This document shows, piece by piece, positions 48,986 to 58,667 of a DNA stretch of 64,000 bases. The translations under genes were made by a program, and so were the position numbers. Source of the stretch: an uncultured Candidatus Saccharibacteria bacterium (lineage in GTDB: Bacteria; Patescibacteriota; Saccharimonadia; CAILAD01; JADZBC01); contig CAYTBW010000002.1 of NCBI GenBank assembly GCA_964436255.1, positions 616 through 64,615 on the forward strand. Reading direction: 5' to 3'. The notes below the pieces were generated by a model, which saw nothing but the letters and a program-made list of their open reading frames with translations, was not told where the DNA came from and searched no databases. Each line of letters begins with the position of its first letter. The stretch's first letter is position 1.

Positions 48986-49758
48986 TGACAAAGACACAGC
49001 GAACCATACTTTTTTCCTTGCCATTTCAGGCATTGATAATATTTCTGTTCTATTACCTAACCCGGTACTGGCTTGTTGGGCTGTTCCTTCAAGCGGGCTT
49101 AATACTCTTTATGATGAGGCGTCTGCTCACTGGCGGTAATCGATCGGTCGTGATCGCAAAGTCCTTGCAGCCGTTCATATTTGTTGCGACCGCCTCGCTT
49201 TATAGTATGCTCTTGGTCCAGATATATGGCATCAACATTCCGTCTTTCGTGCTATATACCACGGTCGTCACTGTCCTGTTTGGCGTAGTTAGTTTGGCTA
49301 CATTGCGCACACAGCTGCCAGTCTGGTCTTCGAGCTCACTAGCTTTGTTGCAAATTGGCTTAGTGGTCAATTTTGCCGTATTAAGCATGGCTTATTGGCG
49401 AGTCCCAAGCTTCATTGTGTTACCCCTCGTATTTATTGTATTAGGCTATGTGGCGCTGTGGTGGATTATCGAGGTTGGTAAGGCGGATGATACGCCTACC
49501 CTCTATGCCTCGGTGTTTGGCCTGCTTGGCGCTCAGCTCGTATGGGCTTATTCGCACTGGGTGCTGGTATATCAATTGCCTCGATTGAACATTATCATCG
49601 CTCAGGCAGCGATCATTATTGGCGCACTGGCATACAGCTTGGGGGGAATTCATCGTAGTCGTAGCAGTAAGCCTTTGCGTATTCAGTTGGCAGTAGAGTA
49701 TATGGCTGTGTTTGTTGTTATATTCGTGGCAACCTTCCTGACCACTAAGTGGTTTTAG
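48985..49758 (+). CDS. Hypothetical multi-pass membrane protein
   Basis: About 9 TM helices; coupled to the LCP gene (TAATG). Confidence 0.75.
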   Translation: MTKTQRTILFSLPFQALIIFLFYYLTRYWLVGLFLQAGLILFMMRRLLTGGNRSVVIAKSLQPFIFVATASLYSMLLVQIYGINIPSFVLYTTVVTVLFGVVSLATLRTQLPVWSSSSLALLQIGLVVNFAVLSMAYWRVPSFIVLPLVFIVLGYVALWWIIEVGKADDTPTLYASVFGLLGAQLVWAYSHWVLVYQLPRLNIIIAQAAIIIGALAYSLGGIHRSRSSKPLRIQLAVEYMAVFVVIFVATFLTTKWF

Positions 49759-49813
49759 ATCCTATTAAGGCAGTCTTCAGTTTTTTCGCTATAATAGGTA
49801 ATAAAGGAGTACT

Positions 49814-51019
49814 ATGCAGGACAATATAAAAACTGAAACTAAGTCGTCAGCGGTACCTCCCGCCGTACCGAAGCTACCAAAGAAGGGTGGCAACGTGGGG
49901 CTTAAAACAAAGAAGCAGGGGCCAAGGAGCCCGTTCCTGCTGGGTCTTGGCCTCGTGGTGCTTTGCATCGTTGCAGGCTTTTTTGGGGCTTGGCTGCAGT
50001 CTAGCGTGCTTGGTGGTGCCACGCGGCTGGTAGAGGAGCGCAAGAGCTTACTGGTGAAGGAAGACTCGGCAGTCATAAGCGTTGCCAAGGAGGTTTCTCC
50101 GAGTGTCGTTAGTATTACTACCAACAGTAGCAGCGTGGACTTCTTTGGCCAGAGCCAAACGGAAGCCTCGTCGGGTACAGGAATTATATTGAAGTCAGAC
50201 GGCCTAATTCTCACAAACAAACACGTGGTCGAAGGAGGTGAGAGCTTTACGGTCATAACGAGTGACGGCAAGGAGTATAGTGATGCAAAGGTCGTCGCGA
50301 AAGACCCAAGTAACGACATTGCGTTCCTGAAGATCGCCGCGAAGGATTTAGTCGCAGCAAAACTAGGTGATTCCTCCAAGGTTCAGGTGGGTCAGCGAGT
50401 AATTGCAATCGGCAACGCCTTGGGTCAATTCCAGAATACAGTCACTACGGGCGTGATATCGGGCAAGAGTCGACCAATAACGGCTACGGGCGGTAATGGC
50501 ACCGAGAGTTTGCAGAATCTCTTTCAGACCGATGCCGCCATAAACCCAGGTAATTCTGGTGGGCCACTCGTGAATATCGCTGGTGAAGTAATTGGTATTA
50601 ATACTGCTGTTGCCGGTGATGGGGCTGAAAATATAGGGTTTGCCATTCCGATTAATGAGGCCAAGAAGGACATCGCGACCGTTGCCCAGAGCGGGAAGAT
50701 TACACGTGCCTATCTAGGGGTGCGCTATGTCGCAGTTACCCAGGATATCGCAGCAAGGAACAATATACTGGCCAAAGCTATCGGTGGGGCTTTGATTTCT
50801 GGAGAAGGTAGCGTGCTGTCTGGTAGTCCGGCTGATAAGGCTGGTGTCCAAGCAGGAGATGTTATTATTCGCTTGAACGACACAGACTTAAGTGAAAACA
50901 ATTCGCTTGCATCAACAATCGGCAAATTCGAAGTTGGCGAGACAATCAAAGTAACGTTGCTGCGTGACGGCAAGGAGCGAGTTCTGAAAGTGAAGTTGGC
51001 TGAAGCACCAGCCCAATAA
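49814..51019 (+). CDS. htrA: HtrA/DegP-like serine protease with one PDZ domain
   Basis: ILTNKHVV, QTDAAINPGNSGGPL, GSPADKAG. Confidence 0.95.
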   Translation: MQDNIKTETKSSAVPPAVPKLPKKGGNVGLKTKKQGPRSPFLLGLGLVVLCIVAGFFGAWLQSSVLGGATRLVEERKSLLVKEDSAVISVAKEVSPSVVSITTNSSSVDFFGQSQTEASSGTGIILKSDGLILTNKHVVEGGESFTVITSDGKEYSDAKVVAKDPSNDIAFLKIAAKDLVAAKLGDSSKVQVGQRVIAIGNALGQFQNTVTTGVISGKSRPITATGGNGTESLQNLFQTDAAINPGNSGGPLVNIAGEVIGINTAVAGDGAENIGFAIPINEAKKDIATVAQSGKITRAYLGVRYVAVTQDIAARNNILAKAIGGALISGEGSVLSGSPADKAGVQAGDVIIRLNDTDLSENNSLASTIGKFEVGETIKVTLLRDGKERVLKVKLAEAPAQ

Positions 51020-51022
51020 TGC

Positions 51023-51826
51023 CTAGTTGGCCTGAAAGCCGAGTATAAAGTAATCTTCTTCAATAAGATCAAGGCCTGCGCGTTTAGCTTCTTCTATCAG
51101 TCCTTCTTGCTGCCACGGATCACATTCGGTAAAAAGGAGGCCATTGGGCTTAAGGTGGCTAGGGAGGTCTTTGAGGAACCGGCGGTATATATCAAGGCCA
51201 TCTGGTCCTCCAAATAGGGCCACTCCTGGCTCATTCTTCACCTCCGGCATTAAGTCCGCCGTGTCTGATAAATAGGGTAAATTGCAAACTACAATATCAA
51301 AGGTTTCGTTTATTCCATCGAACAGGTCTGCTGGCATAAGGTGGATGTTGAGTCCAGCGTTTTTTACGTTCTTTTTGGCAACCTCTAGGGCTTCAGGGCT
51401 GACTTCCGTTGCAAATACATCGATGTCGGGCCTGTGCTTCGCAATAGAAATAGCAATAGCTCCACTGCCAGTACCCATGTCGATAAGCTTTCCGTTCTTT
51501 GGCGCATGCTTGATCGCAAAATCAACCATCTTTTCTGTCTCCACCCTGGGGGTGAGTACCTTGTCGTTGATATACAGTTCAACGCCGTAAAACTCACGCT
51601 TGTTAGTAAGGTGCACTACGGGTGCATGGTTTGAGCGTTTACGAATGATTTCTTGGTATTGGCTTAGCTGCTCCGCGGTAAGCGTTTCCTGGTCGTGGGC
51701 TAGGAGCCAGGTGCGGTCCTTGTCGAGTATATGGCAAAGGAGTAGTTCGCTATCCAGGCGAACTGAGTTTACCTGGGCGGCTTCTAGTTCCCGCTGTGCC
51801 GATTGCAGCGCATCACGGACTTTCAT
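51023..51826 (-). CDS. prmC: Release factor glutamine methyltransferase
   Basis: LTPRVETE, DMGTGSG, NLPY; follows prfA. Confidence 0.95.
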   Translation of the reverse strand: MKVRDALQSAQRELEAAQVNSVRLDSELLLCHILDKDRTWLLAHDQETLTAEQLSQYQEIIRKRSNHAPVVHLTNKREFYGVELYINDKVLTPRVETEKMVDFAIKHAPKNGKLIDMGTGSGAIAISIAKHRPDIDVFATEVSPEALEVAKKNVKNAGLNIHLMPADLFDGINETFDIVVCNLPYLSDTADLMPEVKNEPGVALFGGPDGLDIYRRFLKDLPSHLKPNGLLFTECDPWQQEGLIEEAKRAGLDLIEEDYFILGFQAN

Positions 51827-52888
51827 TTATTGTTGGCTCTCTAGGGCTTTCGTAATGTCTGCTTCGCGCAGCTGCTCGAGCATGTCGTCGATGTCGCCAT
51901 CCATGAATCCAGGGAGGTTATGACGTGTATAGCCGATCCGGTGATCAGTCACTCTGTCCTGGGGGAAGTTGTAAGTGCGTATCTTTTCACTCCTATCTCC
52001 AGTGCCAATCTGGGAAAGTCGCGCCTCGCCGAGTTCTTTTCGTTTCTGTTCTTCCTGCACGGCAAGTAGGCGGGAGCGCAGTATGCTCATGGCTTTGAGC
52101 TTGTTTTTGAGCTGGGACTTTTCATCTTGGCACGTGACTACGGTATTGGTTGGGATGTGAGTTAGTCGTACTGCACTGTCGGTTGTATTCACGCTCTGTC
52201 CGCCATTGCCGCTGGAGCGATATACGTCAACTCGTAGATCGTTAGGGTCAATCTCTATTTCATTTTCCTCTGCCTCGGGGAGCACGGCAACAGTAACAGT
52301 GGAGGTATGAATACGCCCAGCTGACTCGGTCGCAGGGATGCGCTGGACTCTATGCACTCCGGATTCGTATTTCATGACGCCATAGGCGTTTGGCCCCGTT
52401 ACCTCGGCTATAAATTCTTTATACCCTCCAGATGTGCCCGGGTTATCATTCATGATGGACATCTTGAGGCCATGCTGTTCAGTAAAGCGAGCATACATTC
52501 TTGCCAACTCGCCCGTAAATAGGCTCGACTCGTCGCCGCCTGCCCCGGCACGGATTTCTAGGATGGCATCCTTGGTGTCATGAGGGTCCTTGGGCACGAG
52601 CGCAGCTCGAACCTTCGATTTGAGCTTTTCGAGGGCTGCCTCGAGCTCTGGGATTTCTGCTTTGGCAAGGTCGGCCATCTCAGGATCGTTCAGGAGGTCC
52701 TGAGATTCACGGAGCTCACGTTCTGTTCGGATAACCTTCTCAAATAACTCAAGCCTGCTTTGGAGCTCGCGCTGTTCGGTTACGAGCTTGGCAGACCGTG
52801 GCGAGGCATAGACTGCCGGATCACTTAGCTCTTCGCTAAGTTCTTTGATCCTCATATTGAGCTGGTCGATGGTTGACTGGTCTATCAT
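51827..52888 (-). CDS. prfA: Peptide chain release factor 1
   Basis: PAT anticodon motif, GGQ, RSEKIRTYNFPQ. Confidence 0.97.
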   Translation of the reverse strand: MIDQSTIDQLNMRIKELSEELSDPAVYASPRSAKLVTEQRELQSRLELFEKVIRTERELRESQDLLNDPEMADLAKAEIPELEAALEKLKSKVRAALVPKDPHDTKDAILEIRAGAGGDESSLFTGELARMYARFTEQHGLKMSIMNDNPGTSGGYKEFIAEVTGPNAYGVMKYESGVHRVQRIPATESAGRIHTSTVTVAVLPEAEENEIEIDPNDLRVDVYRSSGNGGQSVNTTDSAVRLTHIPTNTVVTCQDEKSQLKNKLKAMSILRSRLLAVQEEQKRKELGEARLSQIGTGDRSEKIRTYNFPQDRVTDHRIGYTRHNLPGFMDGDIDDMLEQLREADITKALESQQ

Positions 52889-52956
52889 TGGTTGATTCCT
52901 AAATACAAAACAGCGCTTCTGCCATTATAGCAAAGGAGCGCTGTTTGGATGAGTAA

Positions 52957-53286
52957 TTACTGATCTTGCTTAGTAGTATCTGTATCGACGGTAGATTCAA
53001 CGATCTCGTCTTTGATTTCCGCAAGCTTGGCTTTAGCGTCTTTTTCCTCGCTTGGCTTGGCTTTTTTGACGACTTTTCCAGGATTGGCCTTTTCCTGTTT
53101 AGCACGGAATCGGTCGACGCGTCCTGCTGTGTCGATCAGCTTCTGCTTGCCAGTGTAGAATGGATGACATTTTGAGCACAACTCAACATCCATCTTCTCT
53201 ACGGTCGACATTGTGTCGAAGGTGGTTTTGCAGCCAAGGCACGTAACCTTGGTTTTGGTGATGTCTGGGTGAATTCCGGCTTTCAT
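52957..53286 (-). CDS. rpmE: 50S ribosomal protein L31 with a C-terminal extension
   Basis: MKAGIHP..C..C..CSKCHPFYTG..GRVDRF. Confidence 0.96.
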   Translation of the reverse strand: MKAGIHPDITKTKVTCLGCKTTFDTMSTVEKMDVELCSKCHPFYTGKQKLIDTAGRVDRFRAKQEKANPGKVVKKAKPSEEKDAKAKLAEIKDEIVESTVDTDTTKQDQ

Positions 53287-53355
53287 AACCTGAATATGGT
53301 ATCACTTTTACGCTAGTTGGTCAACTCCCGACTGGGAGTCGCCAGGTTGGTCGGT

Positions 53356-53802
53356 CTAGGACTCTAGGTCGGCTTCAGGCTTACCCATTTTGGCAGTTAG
53401 CACAACCTGCCTTGTTTCGCCTTCATTGTCCTTTATCTGCATTTTTTGCGTCTCATTATAGTAGGTTACCAGGTAGTGACTCATGATCTCTTGCAGGTCC
53501 TTGAGCTTTGCCCGGTAATCGTCAACGTCAGCACTAACTTTCTGGTAATCAACATCTGCTTGTAGGAGCTTCTTGGCGGTCTGGCGCTTTGTAGTAAGTT
53601 CACTAATCTCGTCTTTGAGCTGCTGGTATTCTTCGTTTTGCTGCTCGACGTCCTTGAGTTGCTCACGTACAGTTTTGAGCTTGTCCTTAGTTTCACGAAT
53701 TTCTGGCAGGAGGCGATGTATTGCCTCGAGGGTATTACGGTCTTCAATTGGCTTTTCCGGGGTTGCGGGTGTTTTTACTTGATCTACTGATTCGTCAGCC
53801 AT
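53356..53802 (-). CDS. Hypothetical coiled-coil protein
   Basis: Heptad-rich 148-aa ORF with SD and -10 box upstream. Confidence 0.7.
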   Translation of the reverse strand: MADESVDQVKTPATPEKPIEDRNTLEAIHRLLPEIRETKDKLKTVREQLKDVEQQNEEYQQLKDEISELTTKRQTAKKLLQADVDYQKVSADVDDYRAKLKDLQEIMSHYLVTYYNETQKMQIKDNEGETRQVVLTAKMGKPEADLES

Positions 53803-53872
53803 TTGTTGGTTTCCTTATTTATCTTGATTGGGGTATGGAATAGATTATAGAGCTTATGGTCTGATCTGCCAA

Positions 53873-55051
53873 TTACCTTGTGCCGATAATAGTGAGCTCG
53901 GTTTCGGCCCGGGTTACGGCGGTGTAGAGCCAGCGGTTCCAGTCTTCGTCGCTCATCTTGCTAAAGCGCTCTTCGAATAGTAGAACACGGGGTGACTGAG
54001 AGCCCTGGGCCTTGTGTACAGTCAGGGCGTAACCGAAGTCAAATAGTGCCCCCGTGCTGTCGCCGGGTGCCTTGGGCGGTCGCTTGATAGTCTCCTTGGC
54101 CCCGAACTGTTCGCGTAGGGTGTAGCCAGAGAAGGTCATATTTTCATTATCAAAGTAGATTTCAGTCCAATACCACTGGTCGGTTTCGTCATCTGGTGCT
54201 GGTTCGATACTTACAATTGTGCCAATCAGCCCGTTATAGAGGTGCTCGCTTCGCATGTTGCGCAAGCAAACGACGACATCCCCGACGGTTGGCTCTTCAA
54301 CCTCAATATCTCGTAATGATCGAATGTGCTTGTTGAGCGACACGCGAGTATGATTGTAGCCACATAGCACCATGAGGTCGCCACGCCATGCTCCGAGCAT
54401 CTCCTCGACGGCCTGGCCGGTCTCGGAATCGTACTTATTGAGCTTTGTTACTCCAGGGCCAAAGTCCTGTATGGGTATCGCACCATTAGTCCTCGCCAGC
54501 TGGGCCACTTGGATGATTGGGCTTTCGGCCTCTTGTCGAAATATTTGCTCGAGTTTCAATTGAGGTTCGGCCATTAAATTAAAACTAGAGTTGATTGGTG
54601 GCAACTGGCCGTGATCTCCTACTGCGAGCACTGGTATTTGGAAGCTGAGCAAATCGTTCCAAATATATTCATCAACCATGCTGGCTTCGTCTACGATGAT
54701 AATGTTGTAGGCGAGTTCTTTTTTTAAGTCCCAGCTGGTGTGGCCTTCGGAATTCGTTGAGCTGTTATATATGAGTGAGTGAATCGTGGACACGTTGTCT
54801 CCTCTCCGCAAGGTCTTTTGCTCGCGCAGTTTCTGCCGCAGGACTTGCGATGCTTTGCCGGTATAGGCGCAGAATGCGACCTTTGTGTCCTTATCGTATT
54901 CGTGGAGGGCTTGGCGCAGGAGGGCAATCATCGTGGTCTTGCCTGTACCCGCGTAGCCGCCTAGAGTAATGAACGGTGCCTGCTTTTCGCGGTACCACGC
55001 GCCAATTGCCCCGAGCGCCTTTGCTTGGTCTTGTGATAGGGTGTATGCCAT
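53873..55051 (-). CDS. RecD/Dda-like SF1B helicase
   Basis: GYAGTGKT, VDEASM, GDHGQLPP, YALTVHKAQGSQ, LYTAVTRA. Confidence 0.92.
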   Translation of the reverse strand: MAYTLSQDQAKALGAIGAWYREKQAPFITLGGYAGTGKTTMIALLRQALHEYDKDTKVAFCAYTGKASQVLRQKLREQKTLRRGDNVSTIHSLIYNSSTNSEGHTSWDLKKELAYNIIIVDEASMVDEYIWNDLLSFQIPVLAVGDHGQLPPINSSFNLMAEPQLKLEQIFRQEAESPIIQVAQLARTNGAIPIQDFGPGVTKLNKYDSETGQAVEEMLGAWRGDLMVLCGYNHTRVSLNKHIRSLRDIEVEEPTVGDVVVCLRNMRSEHLYNGLIGTIVSIEPAPDDETDQWYWTEIYFDNENMTFSGYTLREQFGAKETIKRPPKAPGDSTGALFDFGYALTVHKAQGSQSPRVLLFEERFSKMSDEDWNRWLYTAVTRAETELTIIGTR

Positions 55052-55086
55052 GAACTACTATTGTAGCATCGGTGTTATTAGCAAAG

Positions 55087-55785
55087 CTATTTGGCCGAGG
55101 TAGTGTGTCGCTTAGGTAGGGAGGTGGCGAGCTCCAGAATGTCATCTTCATCGTCGATGATTTGGAATATACCTAGATCGCTTGGGACGATTGTACCAAA
55201 GTCTTCGAGGAAGGTGGTGCGCAGCACCCTCTCCATAGGCCGCCAAAAGTGCGAGCCAACACAAACAATTGGGATCTGAGGTATTTTATGCTCTTGCTTT
55301 AGGGTAACGAGCTCAAAGAATTCATCCATGGTGCCGAAGCCGCCAGGGAACACGATGTAGAGCCGTGCCGCGAAAGCCAGCATGACTTTGCGTGCGAAGA
55401 AATAATGAAAATCAACTTGGTCGGTTAAGTATTGATTCGGCTTCTGATGGTGGGCTTCAAGCTCGATCGTAAAGCCGACGGATTTTCCGCCAGCTTCGAA
55501 TGCGCCTCTATTCGCAGCCTCCATTATGCCAGGGCCTCCGCCTGTCACTACGGTATAACCTTGTTCCGACACGAGCCTGCTGGCGAGGTTCTGGGCTTTT
55601 TGATAGAGCTTATCATCTTCCTTGATCTGCTTGGAGCCAAAGAATGACACGACCTTATTCATGTTCTCAACGACGCTGAACCCATCATTGAGCTCCTGCG
55701 TGATCTCGCACATCCGCGCGTCGTCGGCCGTGCCATTCGCTTTGCAGACATTCCGAACTTCCTGTAGCGTCCATGGTTTTTGCAT
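55087..55785 (-). CDS. LOG-family (TIGR00730-like) Rossmann-fold nucleotide phosphoribohydrolase
   Basis: TGGGPGIMEAANRGA, FFARK, PGGFGTMDE. Confidence 0.9.
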   Translation of the reverse strand: MQKPWTLQEVRNVCKANGTADDARMCEITQELNDGFSVVENMNKVVSFFGSKQIKEDDKLYQKAQNLASRLVSEQGYTVVTGGGPGIMEAANRGAFEAGGKSVGFTIELEAHHQKPNQYLTDQVDFHYFFARKVMLAFAARLYIVFPGGFGTMDEFFELVTLKQEHKIPQIPIVCVGSHFWRPMERVLRTTFLEDFGTIVPSDLGIFQIIDDEDDILELATSLPKRHTTSAK

Positions 55786-55843
55786 GCGTCTAGTATACGG
55801 CAAAATACTTATGCTCTACCATAGCCCGTGGTACTATTTATGT

Positions 55844-57640
55844 ATGAAGAGGCTTCTACAGATAGTTTTGAGTGCCAGCATGTTGGTTCTTGCCTTTGTT
55901 GCGGTGCTTCTACCGCAGTCTGCTCGAGCCAGTGTCGACGACTTTAGCTTTAAGAGCTTCGAGGCAGACTACTACTTGTCGCGCGACGACCAAAAGGTTG
56001 CAAGAGTGAAGGTGGTCGAAAAGCTCGTACCGATCTTCCCGGACTATGACCAGAATCGAGGATTACGTCGCGTATTACCTAAGACATACAAAGGTCGTAG
56101 TCTGGACGTTCAAGTCCAATCTGTTACTGATGATGGGGGTGTTGGGCGGCCATACACTACCGTTAGCGCGAATGGAAATTTAGAGCTACTTATTCGCAGT
56201 GATGAGTATGTGCGTGGTGAGCAGACGTACCTTATAACCTACACCCTGCGCGACGTCATGACCTTCTACGACGATCATGACGAGTGGTACTGGGACACAA
56301 ATGGTGATCAGTGGCGGCAGCCGTTCGGCAGTGTTGCTGCACGCGTACATGTGCCAAACTACTTGGCAGGAGAGCTGAAACAGCAGCAAGAATGCTTTAC
56401 TGGTTCCTATGGGTCCAATCAGCAGGACTGCACGATTATACGTAGTGCGTCGGGCGACGACACGGTAATTAGTGTCGCTGCCAACAGAACCCTGCTGGCA
56501 GGAGAGAATCTTAGTTTTGTTTTGGCGTTCAATAAAGATACCTTCGCGGCCTACAAGATGCCCGCAGGGCTTATTGCTTTATTCCTGCTCGGTGGTTTTG
56601 TGGTCTTTGTTGTGCCGCCATTGATTGCCCTGATAGTAATGATGAGACTATGGCGCAAGAGCGGTCGTGATCCAAGGGGTAAAGGCGTGATTATTGCCCA
56701 ATACACACCTGAGGATTCTATGCACCCAATGCTTGCCAGTACTATTCTGGATCAGGCAATGAGTCCGAATGCAGTGTCGGCCGCCATGATTGATTTGTGC
56801 ATTCGGGGTTATTTGCGACTCTATGAGGTCAAGCACAAAAAACTTATAGGAAGCGACGAGAAGTACGAGATCGAGCAAGTTAAGGCAGATCTTTCTGAGC
56901 TCCGAGGGGAAGAGCGGCGGGTTATCAGCATGATCTTTAAGGGTCACAAAGTTGGTCAAAGAGTTGCCTTAGATGATTTATCAGAAACACTCTATTCTCA
57001 GGTCGCAAAGCTTGGCGAGGATCTGGGTACACTTGCGGCTGGCTCGGGCTACTTCGTAGAGGATCCCGGGAAGGTTCGTAAGCATTATGTTTCTAGGGGG
57101 ATGTTTCTGGTGATTCCGGCAGCGGTGCTTATGTTTATGCCGTTTACGTTCTTTTTGACGGGTGGCATATTGGCGGCAGGACTGATTGTGTGTGCCTTTG
57201 GTTGGGGTATGCCTGCCCGTACACCAAAGGGAGTTACGAGCCTAGAACATCTGAAGGGCATGAAGCTGTATATGCAGATGGCAGAGGCAGATCGAATCAA
57301 GATGTTGCAGAGCCCGGAAGGCGCTGAGAAAGCCAGCGTTAATCCGAATGATAAGGCTCAGTTGGTAAAGCTATACGAAAAGCTCCTGCCGTACGCAATG
57401 CTTTTTGGGATAGAAAAGCAATGGGCCAAGCAGTTCGCTGCGCTGTACACTCAGCCGCCCGATTGGTATAGCGGCAACAGCACCTTTAACGCTGTAGCGT
57501 TTTCGAACTCTGTAAATGGCTTTGGTAGCACCGCATCAAGCAGCTTTAGCCCGCCATCGAGTTCTGGCTCAAGTGGTTTTTCTGGCGGCGGCGGTTTTTC
57601 TGGCGGCGGCGGTGGCGGTGGTGGCGGCGGCGGGCTGTAG
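55844..57640 (+). CDS. DUF2207 membrane protein
   Basis: Signal peptide; YEKLLPYAMLFG..K.W; P.WY; Gly/Ser tail. Confidence 0.88.
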   Translation: MKRLLQIVLSASMLVLAFVAVLLPQSARASVDDFSFKSFEADYYLSRDDQKVARVKVVEKLVPIFPDYDQNRGLRRVLPKTYKGRSLDVQVQSVTDDGGVGRPYTTVSANGNLELLIRSDEYVRGEQTYLITYTLRDVMTFYDDHDEWYWDTNGDQWRQPFGSVAARVHVPNYLAGELKQQQECFTGSYGSNQQDCTIIRSASGDDTVISVAANRTLLAGENLSFVLAFNKDTFAAYKMPAGLIALFLLGGFVVFVVPPLIALIVMMRLWRKSGRDPRGKGVIIAQYTPEDSMHPMLASTILDQAMSPNAVSAAMIDLCIRGYLRLYEVKHKKLIGSDEKYEIEQVKADLSELRGEERRVISMIFKGHKVGQRVALDDLSETLYSQVAKLGEDLGTLAAGSGYFVEDPGKVRKHYVSRGMFLVIPAAVLMFMPFTFFLTGGILAAGLIVCAFGWGMPARTPKGVTSLEHLKGMKLYMQMAEADRIKMLQSPEGAEKASVNPNDKAQLVKLYEKLLPYAMLFGIEKQWAKQFAALYTQPPDWYSGNSTFNAVAFSNSVNGFGSTASSSFSPPSSSGSSGFSGGGGFSGGGGGGGGGGGL

Positions 57641-57703
57641 AACGTTCAGCAAATGCCCAGGTGCTTCAGCTATTACTAAGCAAAGATAGGTTATAATAGG
57701 CTA

Positions 57704-57946
57704 ATGATTGATTTTGCTTTTCGGCACACAAAGAAGTTTGCGATAGGCCTAATTGGCGCCACCGTAGTGCTTGTTGGCATAATCTTCTTTGTATTACCCG
57801 GACCGGGTTTCATTTTTGTAATTCTCGGTCTTGCAATCCTGGCGACTGAGTTTGCTTGGGCTAAGGGTCTTCTGGATAGCGCAAAAGAGCGTTACGAGAA
57901 AACGAAACAGAGAATCAAGCAAGGGCGTAAGAATAAGATAGATTGA
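57704..57946 (+). CDS. PGPGW-domain small membrane protein
   Basis: LPGPG..GLAILATEFAWA. Confidence 0.88.
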   Translation: MIDFAFRHTKKFAIGLIGATVVLVGIIFFVLPGPGFIFVILGLAILATEFAWAKGLLDSAKERYEKTKQRIKQGRKNKID

Positions 57947-57947
57947 T

Positions 57948-58667
57948 ATGATTGAAGTTAAGAATGTTTGTAAGACATATGGGGAGGGTGATAGCGCTTT
58001 TACGGCTTTGTATAAAGTGCACATTGATATTCCCGAGGGCAGCACCACCGCGATTATTGGCAAGAGTGGATCGGGCAAATCTACGCTCATGCACATTATG
58101 AGTGGACTCGATCACCCGACCGAAGGCGGAGTAGTAATCGATGGCAAAAACCTGCAGGAAATGAAGCCCAAGGAGATGGATACTTTTCGGTCTCACAAGA
58201 TGAGTTTTATATTCCAGGCATTCTTTGTAGAGGCGAATCAGACCTGTTATCAGAACGTTATGTTGCCCCTTGAGATCGCAAAGGTGGGGCGCCGAGATCG
58301 TAGAAAACATGTGCTTGAGGCACTCGAGGCAGTTGGTTTGGCTGACAAGGTTAACTCCCTGGCTGCAAACTTATCAGGTGGACAGAAGCAAAGACTCGCC
58401 ATAGCTCGCGCTATTGTGAATACGCCTAAATTAATCTTTGCCGACGAGCCAACAGGGAATCTCGACAGCACCACCGGTGACGTTATTATTAAACTTTTGT
58501 TTGACCTCAACCGAAAGCTCGGCTGCACATTAGTAATCGTAACCCATGATCCAGAGCTGGCTGATAGGTGCGGCATCCAGATACATATGAAGGACGGCGA
58601 AATTAGTAAGACCATGGGGCTCGAGACGGCTAAAAAGCCAGCGAAGAAGAAGGTAGGTACCAAATGA
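57948..58667 (+). CDS. ABC transporter ATP-binding protein (LolD/MacB-like)
   Basis: GKSGSGKST, LSGGQKQR, ADEPTGNLD, VTHD. Confidence 0.95.
   Translation: MIEVKNVCKTYGEGDSAFTALYKVHIDIPEGSTTAIIGKSGSGKSTLMHIMSGLDHPTEGGVVIDGKNLQEMKPKEMDTFRSHKMSFIFQAFFVEANQTCYQNVMLPLEIAKVGRRDRRKHVLEALEAVGLADKVNSLAANLSGGQKQRLAIARAIVNTPKLIFADEPTGNLDSTTGDVIIKLLFDLNRKLGCTLVIVTHDPELADRCGIQIHMKDGEISKTMGLETAKKPAKKKVGTK

Noticed and set aside
49789-50379. Long antisense ORFs (here and opposite infB, ftsZ, LCP and the ABC genes)
   Set aside because: Shadow frames of well-supported genes, with no recognisable motifs
57575-57637. Direct repeats of ggtttttctggcggcggc
   Set aside because: They encode the normal Gly/Ser tail of DUF2207 proteins
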